This document shows, one piece after another, positions 1-21,500 of a stretch of 64,000 nucleotides of DNA; positions within the stretch are counted from its first letter, which is position 1; the number at the start of each line of letters is the position of its first letter. Source of the stretch: Mizuhopecten yessoensis (taxonomy: Eukaryota); NCBI RefSeq assembly GCF_002113885.1, contig NW_018403789.1, forward strand, positions 1,045,570 to 1,109,569, read 5' to 3'. Position numbers and translations under genes: made by a program. The notes under the pieces are model-generated. The model did not search any database. It was not told the DNA's origin and was given only the letters and a program-made list of their open reading frames with translations.

Positions 1-313
1 ATGTCACAGATAACAATGATAACAAAAGGATCATAAAATGTCACAGATAACAATGCTAACAAAAGGATCATAAAATGGCACAGATAACAATGATAACAAA
101 AGGATCATAAAATGTCACAGATAACAATGATAACAAAAGGATCATAAAATGTCACAGATAACAATGATAACAAAAGTATCATAAAATGTCACAGATAACA
201 ATGATAACAAAAGGATCATAAAATGTCACAGATAACAATGATAACAAAAGGATCATAAAATGTCACAGATAGCAATGATAACAAAAGGATCATAACATGT
301 CACAGATAACAAT
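1..313. repeat. 37-bp minisatellite (ATGTCACAGATAACAATGATAACAAAAGGATCATAAA)n, about 8.5 copies, in a CYP4 intron
   Basis: Near-identical unit recurs at 1, 38, 75, 112 and so on. Confidence 0.95.
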
Positions 314-510
314 AAAATAGCGTGTCGATGATACAGATGTGGGCGATTGGATTAATATGTCGGGACTGATGTCAATATCACGTGGGCCGGAAACGGATTG
401 AAAAGCAATACTTTCGCCGGTGGGTTACGTTCCATGAAGACAAAATCACAAAACACTTAGGGCATATTTTATTACGATATCTGCATATAAACGTCAAATT
501 CTAACCTTAC

Positions 511-9159
<8,649 letters not shown>

Positions 9160-9947
9160 TGTAGACCTCGGTAACGTGACACCTGGGAAAACAGACCACT
9201 GAGACTATGACAACTTAACATATATAGCCGTGATTGTAACATGCGCAAACATATATATATATGTGTCACCCTTATAATTTGTAACACTCTTTCTGATTGG
9301 ATACCTGATATCTGATTGGAAATATTGCCGAAAAGGTGTCCGGTAGGGGCTATTTTGAGAAGCTGTCAAGTTTATGTCAAACTCATAAAATGACTTAAAA
9401 TTTGGCAGTAAAAAACAGTTATAAAAGATTGTCAGGGTGACAAATTCGTTATCTCTGGGTAAGGAGGGGTCTACGGGCTCATAGACCGCTTTGGTCTTTA
9501 TAGACCCTTCGCCTTCGGCTCGGGGTGTATGACCCCGCAGACCCGTCCTAACCCAGAGATAACTAATAATATACATGAGTATACTATTATAAACAATATT
9601 TTTATTCACGTCTCTCATTTCTACACGAATGCATATCTTTTGGAAAGAGAAAAGGGCTCTCTACCAAAAAGAAGTGACTATTTCATAATAAAAATGAAAC
9701 AAGTCTAGAATGTTTGAAAAACAAATTATGGCGTTTTTTTACCTTCATAACATATATAATCATTAATATACAAATGTACGTATGGGGTGTTATACCATTG
9801 TATTTTAGTCGTTTGAATTGTTCTCTTTCTTGTTTAGATTTATTTATAAGGGTGTTCGGCCTTGGTCGGTGATATATATCGTGGTTTATTTATCATTTAA
9901 ACCTTTTAATCTGTTCGTGCTTTCGAAATATTGAGTTCTCGATAATC

Positions 9948-11845
9948 TTGTTTTTAATATTTTTTCAGCATATGGACATCGAGTCCAATCCTGGCCCGGG
10001 GCGTGGAGAGCTTTCAATATTTCACATTAATATACGAAGTGTTAGGAATAAATTGGACTACATAGAGGATATATCTGGTGAATATGATATTATATGCTTA
10101 ACTGAAACTCATTTAGATGATCAGGTCTCTACAGATGACTTACTTATAACTGGTTTGCATGTACCTTTTCGACAATCAATCATATCTTAAAAGTTGACCG
10201 TTTGCTGGAATTAGAATATCCAGGTGATGAGATTATTTGGTTAAAAGTCACTCTACCAATTTTTGAATTAGTTATTGGTTCGGCCTACAGACCTGAAAAT
10301 TCTGTTTTACCTTTTTGGGAAAATTTACGTCTGTCTTTCAACCTTCCACTAGATTTTTCACTAAATGTTACAATCACGGGAGATTTTAATGCCGACTTAT
10401 TAAATGCATCTAGTAACCATGTTTTTCTTGATATTATTAATTCCTTTATTATTTCAAATGTTATCAATGAACCAACTCGTATTGGATCGACTCGATCTAG
10501 TCTACTTGATCCTATACTTTTAACCGATTATCTTTCCTGTATTGATTCTTCTGTTATAACCAAAGACAAATCATTGAGTGACCATGACGGTTGTATTGCT
10601 TGCATTGATATTCTCTGTATTTCAGAGGCACCAGAGAGTATTTTTGAATAATTCTGTCTCCGACTTAAGTTTCATTGAAAAGGTGTTCCTCAGGGTTCGA
10701 TTTTTGGACCTCTTTTGTTTCTTATCTATATTTCAACCTCTCGTCTTTTTGCAGACGATACTTCATCCTCTTCATGTCTAGAAACCAAAACGGTTATGAA
10801 ATATGAATAGAGATCTCGAGTCTCTTAATGCATGGTCCCAAACTTGGTTAGTAACATTCAATCCAGACACAATGAGGTCATTTTGTTTCAGACTTGTTTG
10901 AAATTGATGAAGAATTACAATTAGAATTTAATGGCGAATTTTTAAATTTTACTGATCATCATAAACATTTAGGTGTAATTTTTAATTCAAATGCAAAATG
11001 GGGGGATCATATTTGTGAAATATATACTTCAGTTATGAAAAAAAGTCAACGTCTTACGTAGACTAAAACACTTATCAAATCGAAATAATCTTTTAAAGAT
11101 TTATAAATCATTTATTTTACAGAAATGTTAAAGAAAGCCCTTATAGAAGCTTCTCGTATTATAACTGGTCTTCCTTCATATGCCCGAATTGAAGACTAAC
11201 TTTTTGAAACTGGTCTAGAAACTCTTTCGAATAGAAGAAAACGCAAGAAACTCCAACTTTTGTTTAAAATGCACAACAAACTAACTCCTGACTATTTAAA
11301 TTCTCTATTGCCATCTTCAGTTGCAGAAAATAACCGTTACACCCCTGGAAACAATAATGATAATAGAGTTCTTCCTTTCAGGCTTTCTCTAACAAATTCA
11401 TCTTTTATCCCTTCAACTCTTCGCGGTTGGAATTCATTGGACCTTTCAGTACGATAATTGACTTCGTTACATTCTTTCAAAAGCTCGTTAACTTCAAATT
11501 TTCAATCTCCTCCACCAATCTACCTAGGTTTCGGTGAACGTTAACTGAACATTTTGCACACCAAACTTAGATATCAGTGTAGGATCTTTTTAGAGTAAAT
11601 CTGGTGATAGTCCAGTTTGTTATTTTGGCCTCTCTGTGAAAATGCCTTCCACTTTTTTTGTGAGTGCTTACTTTTTACAAATGTAACAATGAAAGACACA
11701 CCCTGCTCCAAACTTTGAACGCCTTGCATGATGATTTTAATTCAGAATTACTTTTGTTTGGTAATAGTCAACTTCCTGTAGAAAACAATATAAGTATCTT
11801 TAGACATGTGCATCATAACATCACATCCAGCAATAGGTTTTGATA
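9948..11845 (+). mobile_element. Degenerate, internally deleted CR1-like LINE (2A-like motif, APE endonuclease, RT remnant)
   Basis: DIESNPGP, HINIRS, LTETHL, YRP, GDFN, PTR...LLDPI and SDH motifs, then a jump to GVPQGS (about 10682) and FADDT (about 10750); many stops and frameshifts. Confidence 0.88.
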
Positions 11846-13105
11846 GTTATAATTATTTTTTTATTTTTCATTATGTGTAAGTTGTTATATGTGTTTATGA
11901 AATTGCATTTAAGTTATTTTGCCTGATTTCTTTGCTACATTGATTCCGTTCATTTATAAATTTCTACCAGGATGCATGTCAAGTAATTTGTATAATTCAT
12001 AGTTTATTCAATGCGGATCGATTTCACAGTTTACACGTTTACTTTTCTAGGTAACACCCCCTCCATCACCCCCACCCCCTCCCACCCCACCTTTCCTTCT
12101 CCACTACCAGAGGTTATATAAGGGATTTTAGAGGGTTAACTTGGGAGTTAGGGAGAAAGAGATGGGAGTTTTGGGTGGTTAGATGAAGGCATGTAGGTGG
12201 AAGGGTCGTTCCGATAGTTTGTTGTTCGTGTTACATGTGTGAAATGGCCTATGTCACTGTTTGCGTTTGCTTGTTGTAAATATTCTGTCCATGTAAATAC
12301 ACTGTTAATTGTTATTCTGTGTCCGGTAAAACAAAACAAGTGCTCCCATATCGAACCTGGGTTGCAAACGGAGGAACGAGCCGGTTGCTGTTTGGTTCTT
12401 AACAAACTGGGACCGCCGCGCTCCTTTCACAAATTTATAAGTATTAATATAAATATTAAAATAAATTTCATATTTTTGTTGATTGTTATTTTCGATACGT
12501 TTATCATACATTTAAGATATGAAAACAATATTACATAACAAAGTAGGTGATGAGTGCGGATAGTCGCTGGTGATAGACAGACAACCAACACCTACACAAT
12601 ATCTAATATATACACATGGAGTATTACGGAAAGCTTAACTTGTCGTTGACAATACAATATCGCGACCATATTTTTGAATTGAAGGAATAATTTATGTTTT
12701 AATCGAAGTCGGTTTGAATCTGTGATTTAAATGTGTATTATTATATAATAAAAACGCATGTCTTACTTTACAACTCCGAGTATGTACCGATATAATTAGA
12801 ATAATGTATATGTTGTGTCGTTTATAAACAGGTAATGACAGCTATGCTGCTTAAGCACACCAGCATTGACATATTAAATATGAATATGACTGTAAAGTTA
12901 ATATAACTTTATTGAATAACTTACCTTTGAAATGCTCTGAGAGTGTTGTAGGTGAATTCGGCCTAGCCAGGAAGGTTTATCTTTATCACCCGTAAAACTT
13001 GATAGCATACACATTACAGGTTAGCTAGGACATGACTATGGACTTCAGACTCAACAACCTAGAAAAAAGTGTATGGTCGTACTGTTGCAGATCCAATCTC
13101 GCGAC

Positions 13106-13319
13106 CACAGGGACCTGCTAATTTGTTACAGCTATATTTGGACCTAAACTAAAATGACATCCCCAATGATGATAATATACGAGAAAGGGCTCGTATATTA
13201 TCATCATTGGAGTGGCATTTTGATCGAAAATTTATCTAAACCCCCCAAACGTGTAAAATTTGTCTAAACACTTTAGTTTACGTTCAAATATAGATGTAAC
13301 AAATTTGCAGGCCCCTGTG
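13106..13319. mobile_element. Palindromic MITE with CACAGGG termini (family also at 28033-31460, about 31840-31992 and about 61440-61502)
   Basis: TIRs CACAGGGACCTGCTAATTTGTTACAGCTATATTTG / CAAATATAGATGTAACAAATTTGCAGGCCCCTGTG; internal hairpin CCAATGATGATAATATACGAG-AAAGGG-CTCGTATATTATCATCATTGG. Confidence 0.8.
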
Positions 13320-13339
13320 CTCACGACGTACGCCCGCTA

Positions 13340-14560
13340 CGTGCTGGTTTTTAGAAATGGTGGTATTTTAAGAAACAATGAAAATTGGACATATAACGGA
13401 TGTCCTTTGGAAATCGTAAATGAATTTAATTATCTAGGTATGTTGTTAAATTACAACGGCACTTTCAGAAAAACACAGCAAAAAATAGCAGATCAAGGAA
13501 GGAAAGCTTTATTTTCAGTTATGAATGTATGTCGTAATAATTATTTTAATATTGAAACCCAACTATCAGTATTTGATACATATGTAAACAGTATTTTGTG
13601 TTACGGTTCAGAAATATGGGGTTTTCATAAAGCCCCGGATGTTGAAAAAATACATATTATGTTTTGTAAAAAATTACTCGGTGTGCGTAAAAATACTTGT
13701 AATGCTATGGTCTATTTAGAGCTTGGTAGATATCCATTATCACTGCTGAGGAAATTCAGAATTTTTAAGTATTGGATAAAGATTATAAATACTGATAATT
13801 GCATTTTAAAATCATGTTATGAAGACATGTTAGTGCGTAACGACAAATGGGTAATTAATATCAAGAATGAATTATATAGAATAGGTCTAGGTTACATATG
13901 GCAAACAGATAACATTGATAATAGCTGTTTGATTATAATTAAAGAAAGACTTTTAGATATTTATAGACAAGATTGTATAGAACAAATTAGAACATCATCA
14001 AAAGGATTTTTTTATACATGTCTTAACAAAGAAGTTGGTATACAGGGTTATTTAAGAAAATCGTTTATGAAAGGTTACTTAAAAGAAATAACAAAAATTC
14101 GGCTTTCAGCCCATAATTTAAATGTAGAGAAAGGTCGTTATCAAAATATTCCGCGACTTTTAAGAATCTGTACCGCTTGTGATATAGATGATGTCGAAGA
14201 TGAATTTCATTTTATTCTTAAATGCCCCTGTTATTCTGATTTACGTGAGAAATTTTTAAAAAAGTACTATTGTAAAAAACCGAGCATGTTTAAATTAATT
14301 CAGTTATTTAACGGACAAAACACAAATGAATTAGCAAAATTGGCCAAATACATTAAAGCTGCAAATTCAAGAAGAGCTTTATTAACATAAGTAGTTATGC
14401 TCTCCGAGTGTTTTGTCTCGTCTGTGTATTTATTAGTATTTTCGATATTTGTCAATGTTATGAGAAAGTATATATATATATATATATATATCATGTATAT
14501 GTGTTACACTGATGAGTCGCAAGACTCAAAGTTAATAAAGAACTTGAACTTGAACTTGAA
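13340..14560 (+). mobile_element. 5'-truncated RTEX-like non-LTR retrotransposon (ORF2 C-terminal part, 3'UTR, (GAACTT)n tail)
   Basis: Open frame with FNYLG, YGSEIWG, ELGRYP, RLSAHNL and CxxC...EDEFHFILKC; AATAAA followed by GAACTTGAACTTGAACTTGAA. Confidence 0.88.
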
Positions 14561-14876
14561 TAAGTCCAACTGACAATTTGATATATTTTGGTCCTGGAGA
14601 TCTCAAACGTATTTAGGATCGATATCGATGATCAAATTAAAAGTGTGCGATACGGGTATACTTGCTCTTTACTAGTCTAGCTCCCTGTAAAAATATCTTT
14701 TACAACGTTTTGTGTTACTTATTTACAAGTGTTGGTAGCAAGTTTGTGAGAGCACAACTTTCCAAATTTATCGCATCCACTATTTTACAAATCCTCGGTA
14801 CACCAGGGGTTAAGCTCACTTACGCTCTATACACCCCTGGAATATGTCGTATCAAAATTGTAGGCACAAAGATAGC

Positions 14877-16330
14877 AGTTTGTGTTAGAGTTAAGGTTAT
14901 ATGCAACCAGTTACCTAACCCATTATACCTGTGATTTGTGTTATAGAGTTAAGGTCATATGCTACCTAACACATTATACCTGTGATTTGTGTTAGAGTTA
15001 AGGTAATATGCTACCTTACACAATATACATGTATTTTGTATAAGAGTTAAGTCCTATGCTACCGTACACATTATACATGTATTTTGTATAAAGAGTTAAG
15101 GTAATATACTTCCTTCCATATTATACCTGTGATTTGTGTTGGAGTTAATGTTATATGCTACCTAACACATTATATATTGTACCTGTATTTTGTGTTCGAG
15201 TTAAGGTTATATGCTACTTAACACATTACATGTGTGACTTGTGTTAGAGTTAAGGTTATATGCTACCTAACACATTATACCTGTGATTTGTGTTAGAGTT
15301 AAGGTAATATGCTACCTTACACATTATACCTGTGATTTGTGTTAGAGTTAAGGTAATATGCTACCTTACACATTATACATGTATTTTGTATAAGAGTTAA
15401 GTAATATGCTACCGTACACATTATACATGTATTTTGTATAAAGAGTTAAGGTAATATACTACCTTACATATTATACCTGTGATTTGTGTTGGAGTTAAGG
15501 TTATATGCTACCTAACACATTATACATTGTACCTGTATTTTGTGTTCGAGTTAAGGTTATATGCTACCTAACACATTACATGTGTGACTTGTGTTAGAGT
15601 TAAGGTTATATGCTACCTAACACATTATACCTATGATTTGTGTAAGAGTTAAGGTAATTTTCTTCTTACACACCATATCTATGACTTGTGTTAGAGATCT
15701 AGGTTAAATGCTACCTTACACGTTATATATGAGATTTGTGTTAGAGTTAAGGTTATATGCTACCTTACACATTACATGTGTGACTTGTGTTAGAGTTAAG
15801 GTTATATGCTACCTTACACATTATACATGATATTTGTGTTAGAGTTAAAGATATATACTACCTTACACATTATACATGAGATTTGTGTTAGAGTTAAGGT
15901 TATATGCTACCTTACACTTGATACATGAGATTTGTGTAAGAGTTAAGGATATATTTCTACCTTACACATTATACATGAGATTTGTTTAAGAGTTAAGGTT
16001 ATATGCTACCTTATACATTATACATGAGATTTGTGTAATAGTTAAGGTTATATGCTACCTTATACATTATACCTGTGACTTGTGTTAGAGTTAAGGTTGT
16101 ATGCTACCTTATACATCATATCTGTGACTTGTGTTATAGTTAAGGTTATATGCTACCTTACACATTATACATGAGATTTGTTTAAGTGTTAAGGTTATAT
16201 GCTACCTTATACATTATACATGAGATTTGTGTAATAGTTAAGGTTATATGCTACCTTATACATTATATTTGTGATTTGTGTTAGAGTTAAGGTTATATAC
16301 TACCTTACACATTATAAATGAGATTTGTGA
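14877..16330. repeat. About 49-bp minisatellite (TGTGATTTGTGTTAGAGTTAAGGTTATATGCTACCTTACACATTATACC)n, about 29 copies
   Basis: Unit spacing of 49 bp (for example 15282 to 15331). Confidence 0.95.
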
Positions 16331-16864
16331 TATATACTACAGGTACAGATGACAGTGAAGTCGCAGATATCTTTAAGGAAAACAAAGGAACGCAAAAACA
16401 ATGTTATACACGTGGCATTACTCTGAAATATTTTTTTGATATTTTGGAATGGGTCAGTCACATGTATGTTTGCAGTTTCAAAATGAACGAGACAGAATCG
16501 GGTTGTGTTTTTTGTTTTTATTTACATTGAGCAGTATGCCACATCACGTTACATAGCTTGCTATAAACACGGACTGTGATGTTGAATTAGACATTTCTAA
16601 GCTCACATAAAACTCTGATTGACAATTGAAACTTTCGATGATATTCCTATAAATACACTTGATTTGTAATAGATTTTCATTCACGCAAATTAAGGATTCG
16701 TGTACCGCTGCCAAAATATGTACTTATCCACTAGAAACTCATTTTGTCGGCATAACTATAGCTTTTCAATTCTGAAAAGAAAACCATGCCTTGCTTGACT
16801 ATTATGAAAAATGATAGAGAAGAAATAAATAAAAAAATAACCAATAATAGTGCACTGATTGTAA

Positions 16865-16942
16865 AAATGCAGAAGGACTAGACTGGGATTCGAACCCTGC
16901 ACTTCAGATCGATACACTACCCTCTTCCCAACTGTGCTACAG
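16865..16942 (-). mobile_element. tRNA-derived SINE head, degenerate (same family as 21543)
   Basis: Reverse B box GGGATTCGAACCC and A-box remnant CCAACTGTGCTAC. Confidence 0.5.
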
Positions 16943-18109
16943 TTATGTTTAAAACGAAATTCAAGGGAAGGTTACTGCTTGTACAAAAACCCGCAATGCA
17001 GTGGGACAGGGATCCTTAGTTAAAACATCGTTTTACTATGCAAATTTAAATAAAATATAGATAGCGGGTCAGAGTCAAGGTGTGTCTAATTTATTCTCAA
17101 CAACGTCTCAGTAGTTTTTTTTTATCACATTACAACGCGTTCGTTTACGATGAAGTACAGTACATACAGAAACCGTCGAGGTCAAGGGCCAACCGGAAGT
17201 TGGTTTGAGTGACTCGATTTGAGAATATGTACCACTTACCTACCATCACTAACAAAAACAAGCAACAAGAGAAAATACGTACATATGTAGATGATCTTCT
17301 GCCGATAGAAAGGTGAGTGCTGTATCGCCACGAGGTCCGTGTTATCGGGGATGAAACTACATCTCTGCTTCGAGTATATTTGTTTCATCACCTACGCATA
17401 GTGTTACAGTACCAAACTTCTGTCATAATCAGAAAATTACCTAACGTACATCTGACCAATGGACCTGACTTATGTTCAATCTCGTTTTAGATGAAACCAA
17501 TTTAAGATGAAACTCAATTTTATCGCAATGATAAGAAGCACAATTGTACAACGTTTGTGAATCGGCTTTCGTACTTTGTCTGTTGCCTGCTATACAGCTG
17601 TGATAGTCATCACATTCTTGTCTTCACTGTCCGAACCATGATAACAAGATGATATCGCGCCTTGTAGTAAATAGTCTTGTCGAGTGAATCTGAATTGTAG
17701 ATGATTATATTCCAATAATATCATTTCTGGTATTTGTATTCGTATTGGATGATGGACTTAACTAATACTGCAAATGTGAAAGGAAAATGACCAGAGCGGC
17801 TAATAGGTCAAGATATGTGCTTTCGGCAATGAGATAATGTGCGTATCCCCGTCTAGAAATAGAAACATCCATTTCAACTTACATGTAACTTAAAACTTTT
17901 GTTGATTTGCCTGGTCAGAAAATCTCGTGAACTGATCAGCTCACTCGAGCTGGTAATAGGAAACACCCGCGGGAGATACAACCATCAGCAGCGCGCGAAC
18001 GATTTACGTATTTAATCAACATCCGGCCTACACTATGTATGTATACAATCTGTTGGTGCCGTACTTCATAGTTTATTGCTGCCTGCCGGATTGGTCATCG
18101 CAGTGGTCA

Positions 18110-18588
18110 ATGCTTCACCACGAGGAACACATGGCAACCTCTCCGGACATCTATAACTCTTCGTCCACTAACTCTACCTTAGCGATCGGGGACCCGGCTA
18201 TACCATGGGAAAGGATTGTCATTGGGATTTTTATGTATATTATTATTCTTATTACAATTTTTGGAAATGTACTGGTACTTACGGCCGTGGCTAGGAATAA
18301 ACATCTTCAGACTGTGTTCAATTTCTACGTGATCAATTTGGCCGTGACGGATATGTTGGTCGCGGTGACCGCTATGATTTCATATACCACAGAGGTTATT
18401 CTGGGATATTGGCCGTTTGGGGAATTCTGGTGTGGAGTGTGGATTTTTGTCGACTATGGGATGACGTTTGCGTCCGTTTTTACACTACTGGTGATTTCAA
18501 TAGACAGGTTTTGGTCAGTAACTTGGACTGTCCACTACAGAGCGCACCATAATACCGACAAGTGTGTCCGGCTCATCATAGCGGTTTG
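18110..18588 (+). CDS. GPCR exon 1 (N-terminus to TM4)
   Basis: ORF 18035-18592 ending at donor GTAAGT (18589). Confidence 0.9.
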
Positions 18589-21500
18589 GTAAGTGACGTT
18601 ATCTAAGCCTACCTTGTCAATTTGACGATTATGGTATTGTATTGCAAAATAGTCCAATTTTATTGCAGTATACTATGAAATCACTCATTTTCGTGGGGTT
18701 TTCGTGGGTAATCTCCTTCATCGAATGCATGGGTCCACGATGTAATTACAAGTTTGACATAAAGCTATTCTCCATTTAAGTGGGTACTCGTAATCCACGA
18801 GTTCATGTACCAACGATATGATGTTTGGTGGAGATATCACGAAATGTGGGCCCCACGAAAATAAAGCGTGTCAAGTTATACATTTCAACAAGTACATGTC
18901 AAGTTGACGAATGTCTTATAGCTGTTCGAACAGATCTACATTTATAGGCCAGGTGTGACCAAGGTGACGCACACCTGTTGCACAGGTGAGATGACTTGGG
19001 GCATCACGGCCTGTTATTATATCCCAGGATCCCTTGCGACATCTCCATAACCGACTCAGCTTAATTTAACAACAGTGTTGTCAATCAAACATCACATCAC
19101 ACAGACGATGCATCATGTGATATTTTTGGCTGATTTCGCCTATTTTGCATCAACATGCATTGTTCTTTTATCAATTACTACGCTGGATTATTTTTGCGGA
19201 AATATCTTAAGTAAGCAGTCATGTACATGTACATGTATATGATCCGCTGTGTACTACTGGTTTTCCACGTGATCTGATATTAAAAATCTAAAATCACGAT
19301 GAAACAAAATGTGAAGATGCAATAAATAATGATTTTCTGAAGTTGAATGATAAAGAAATCATGTCTTTAATAAGATATCTTCTTAAGTTTGATTTTTCTT
19401 ACCTTTCCACGCGTATTTGTAAGCTGTGTTATTTTCCGCTCACGTTACCACCATATTTTACGGTAACGACAACAACACATATGTTACGATGACGATATAG
19501 GCCACGTGCTGTTTACAGAGCCCTGATAGGGATTCCTTGTGACGTTATAAAGTCTTAAGCAACTGCATTTCGAGTTATAGAAGAAACAAAATGTCCGCCT
19601 TGCTATCAGTATTCATTCTCGTGAGCCGGTTAACAACTACAGCCATCTCGCTTAGCAAATAGGGTTATATTTCAAAATTAACTCACCGTAATAGATATAA
19701 CTGAATCATGTTAAATCATACTTCGTAAGATACCATCTCAAAAACAAATAAACTGAGTTTAAAGCAGCGCCCATTCTGAATTATTTTAACTAGTTCGAGC
19801 ATTGCCCTGAAGTCCATGCCTGGCGTACGATAAACTTACCTTGTACGTACGGTAGCGGTAATCGTGAATCTCATTTTCGCTCTTTTTGTTTTATAAACAT
19901 TGCGCTAAATCATGACTGCGCTAATTCAAGTGTCAAGCTGTATCGTACATTTATATTCTTTAGCATATATTGCGGTTGTGCCAATCCATCAAGGCGCTTA
20001 TATAGCTGAAGCTCTATTCCGTCTTTGCGTAACGCAGAGTTATCTTCTCTTGGGAGCAGGTATTGATTGTTACGTCACTTTTTTGTGAGAGGAACGTCAT
20101 CAATTTTTGAGAAAACGACGTAATTTTCTCGCACAAACCAATGCCGTAACAATCAATACCTGCTCCCAAGATAAGATAACTCTGCAATACGCAAAGACGG
20201 AATATTGCACTTAACAACTTTGACTATTAGACATTATTGATAAATCATTTGACATGAAATACATGTCCAAGTTTCCCATGAAGTAAATATTTGCAATTAA
20301 GTGCAGATTCTCCTTCCGCCTCGATTAACATGAGAGAGCCGTTAGAATCGAACAATTTGGGGACGTTAGGCTGTTCCAAAATTCGTGTTTGCGCTGACGA
20401 CACAGACACTTCATTATCGAAAATATAAGGAAATTATGTATTTAGATCAATAACAACTAAATATTTAGAATGTAAACGTTAGGATTACACAGCGTTTTTC
20501 AATATCCATGCCGGTATGAACGCAAATCGGTTACATAAATATTTTCCATGAAACCGCCTAGCTGCGGTCATACCGGCATGAACGTTGAAAAAATGTCGTT
20601 CAATTCGTATAAGTATATACCACGAAATACACTCGGTTGATACAGTATATCCACTACATATCTCGGTACCAGACACGTGACATTGTTAATGAATGTCAAC
20701 ACAATATACGTAACTAATACATTCTTTAATCTTTTGACCATATGCCATTGTTATGAAAACCATCCTCTCTTTTGATATTAAACCACGATTGATGACCACG
20801 AGAATAATGAACAGACTGCATGAGGGATCAATCTTGACCAGTGGTCAGTGTTTATAAACACCGCGTGAGTCTGACTACAAGGTTAACCTTCACATGACTC
20901 TTAATATTCACAAACATCAAAATATCGTTATCGTAAATACAGAAAAAAATCAGGGGCACAGGAATCTGTTACTTAGATAAATCCCGTGGTAAATAGCATC
21001 ACAGAAAAAAGTAAATACTCTTGGATTCTAATAGCCCGAGTTTCCTGTGGCCCGAACACCAGACATTTTGACAGATAGATGTCTGGTGTGGGGCCGGAGC
21101 GCACTATTATATGAAAACGTGGAATTCTCCGACACCGTTTGGAGAGTTTTGAGGTGCTGACAACAAAAATCGACTATGACACAACACATCCCTCACACAT
21201 ATCGATAAATGGATTATTTATTGATCCAAAGCTGCACTTATTATCACAAACAGCTGCTAAATTCCGTCAGTAGAGTTCTCAGTTTTCAAACGTTCAAAAT
21301 TTCCCAACCGAGCGAACGTCATGGGAGTGACTATTCAACAAAAACAGACTGTCCGAAAATCTTCTAAACAAGAATGATATATTCTGTGTTCGGTCCGGAT
21401 CAGTACGGTTCCTGCTAAAATGTGCGGGAATGCTTGACAAGTGGATACCAGACCCTGAATTGTAACTAGTGATATATTCGGGGGCGAGGAATTAAAACCA

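Noticed and set aside
13106-13150. RAG/Transib RSS (CACAGGG resembles the heptamer CACAGTG)
   Set aside because: Only a 6/7 match, with no nonamer at 12/23 spacing, no 5-bp TSD and no RAG-like ORF in the window.
13260-13340. N-terminus of the 376-aa ORF as a real protein start
   Set aside because: It derives from the adjacent MITE arm and flank and starts at TTG; the LINE is 5'-truncated.
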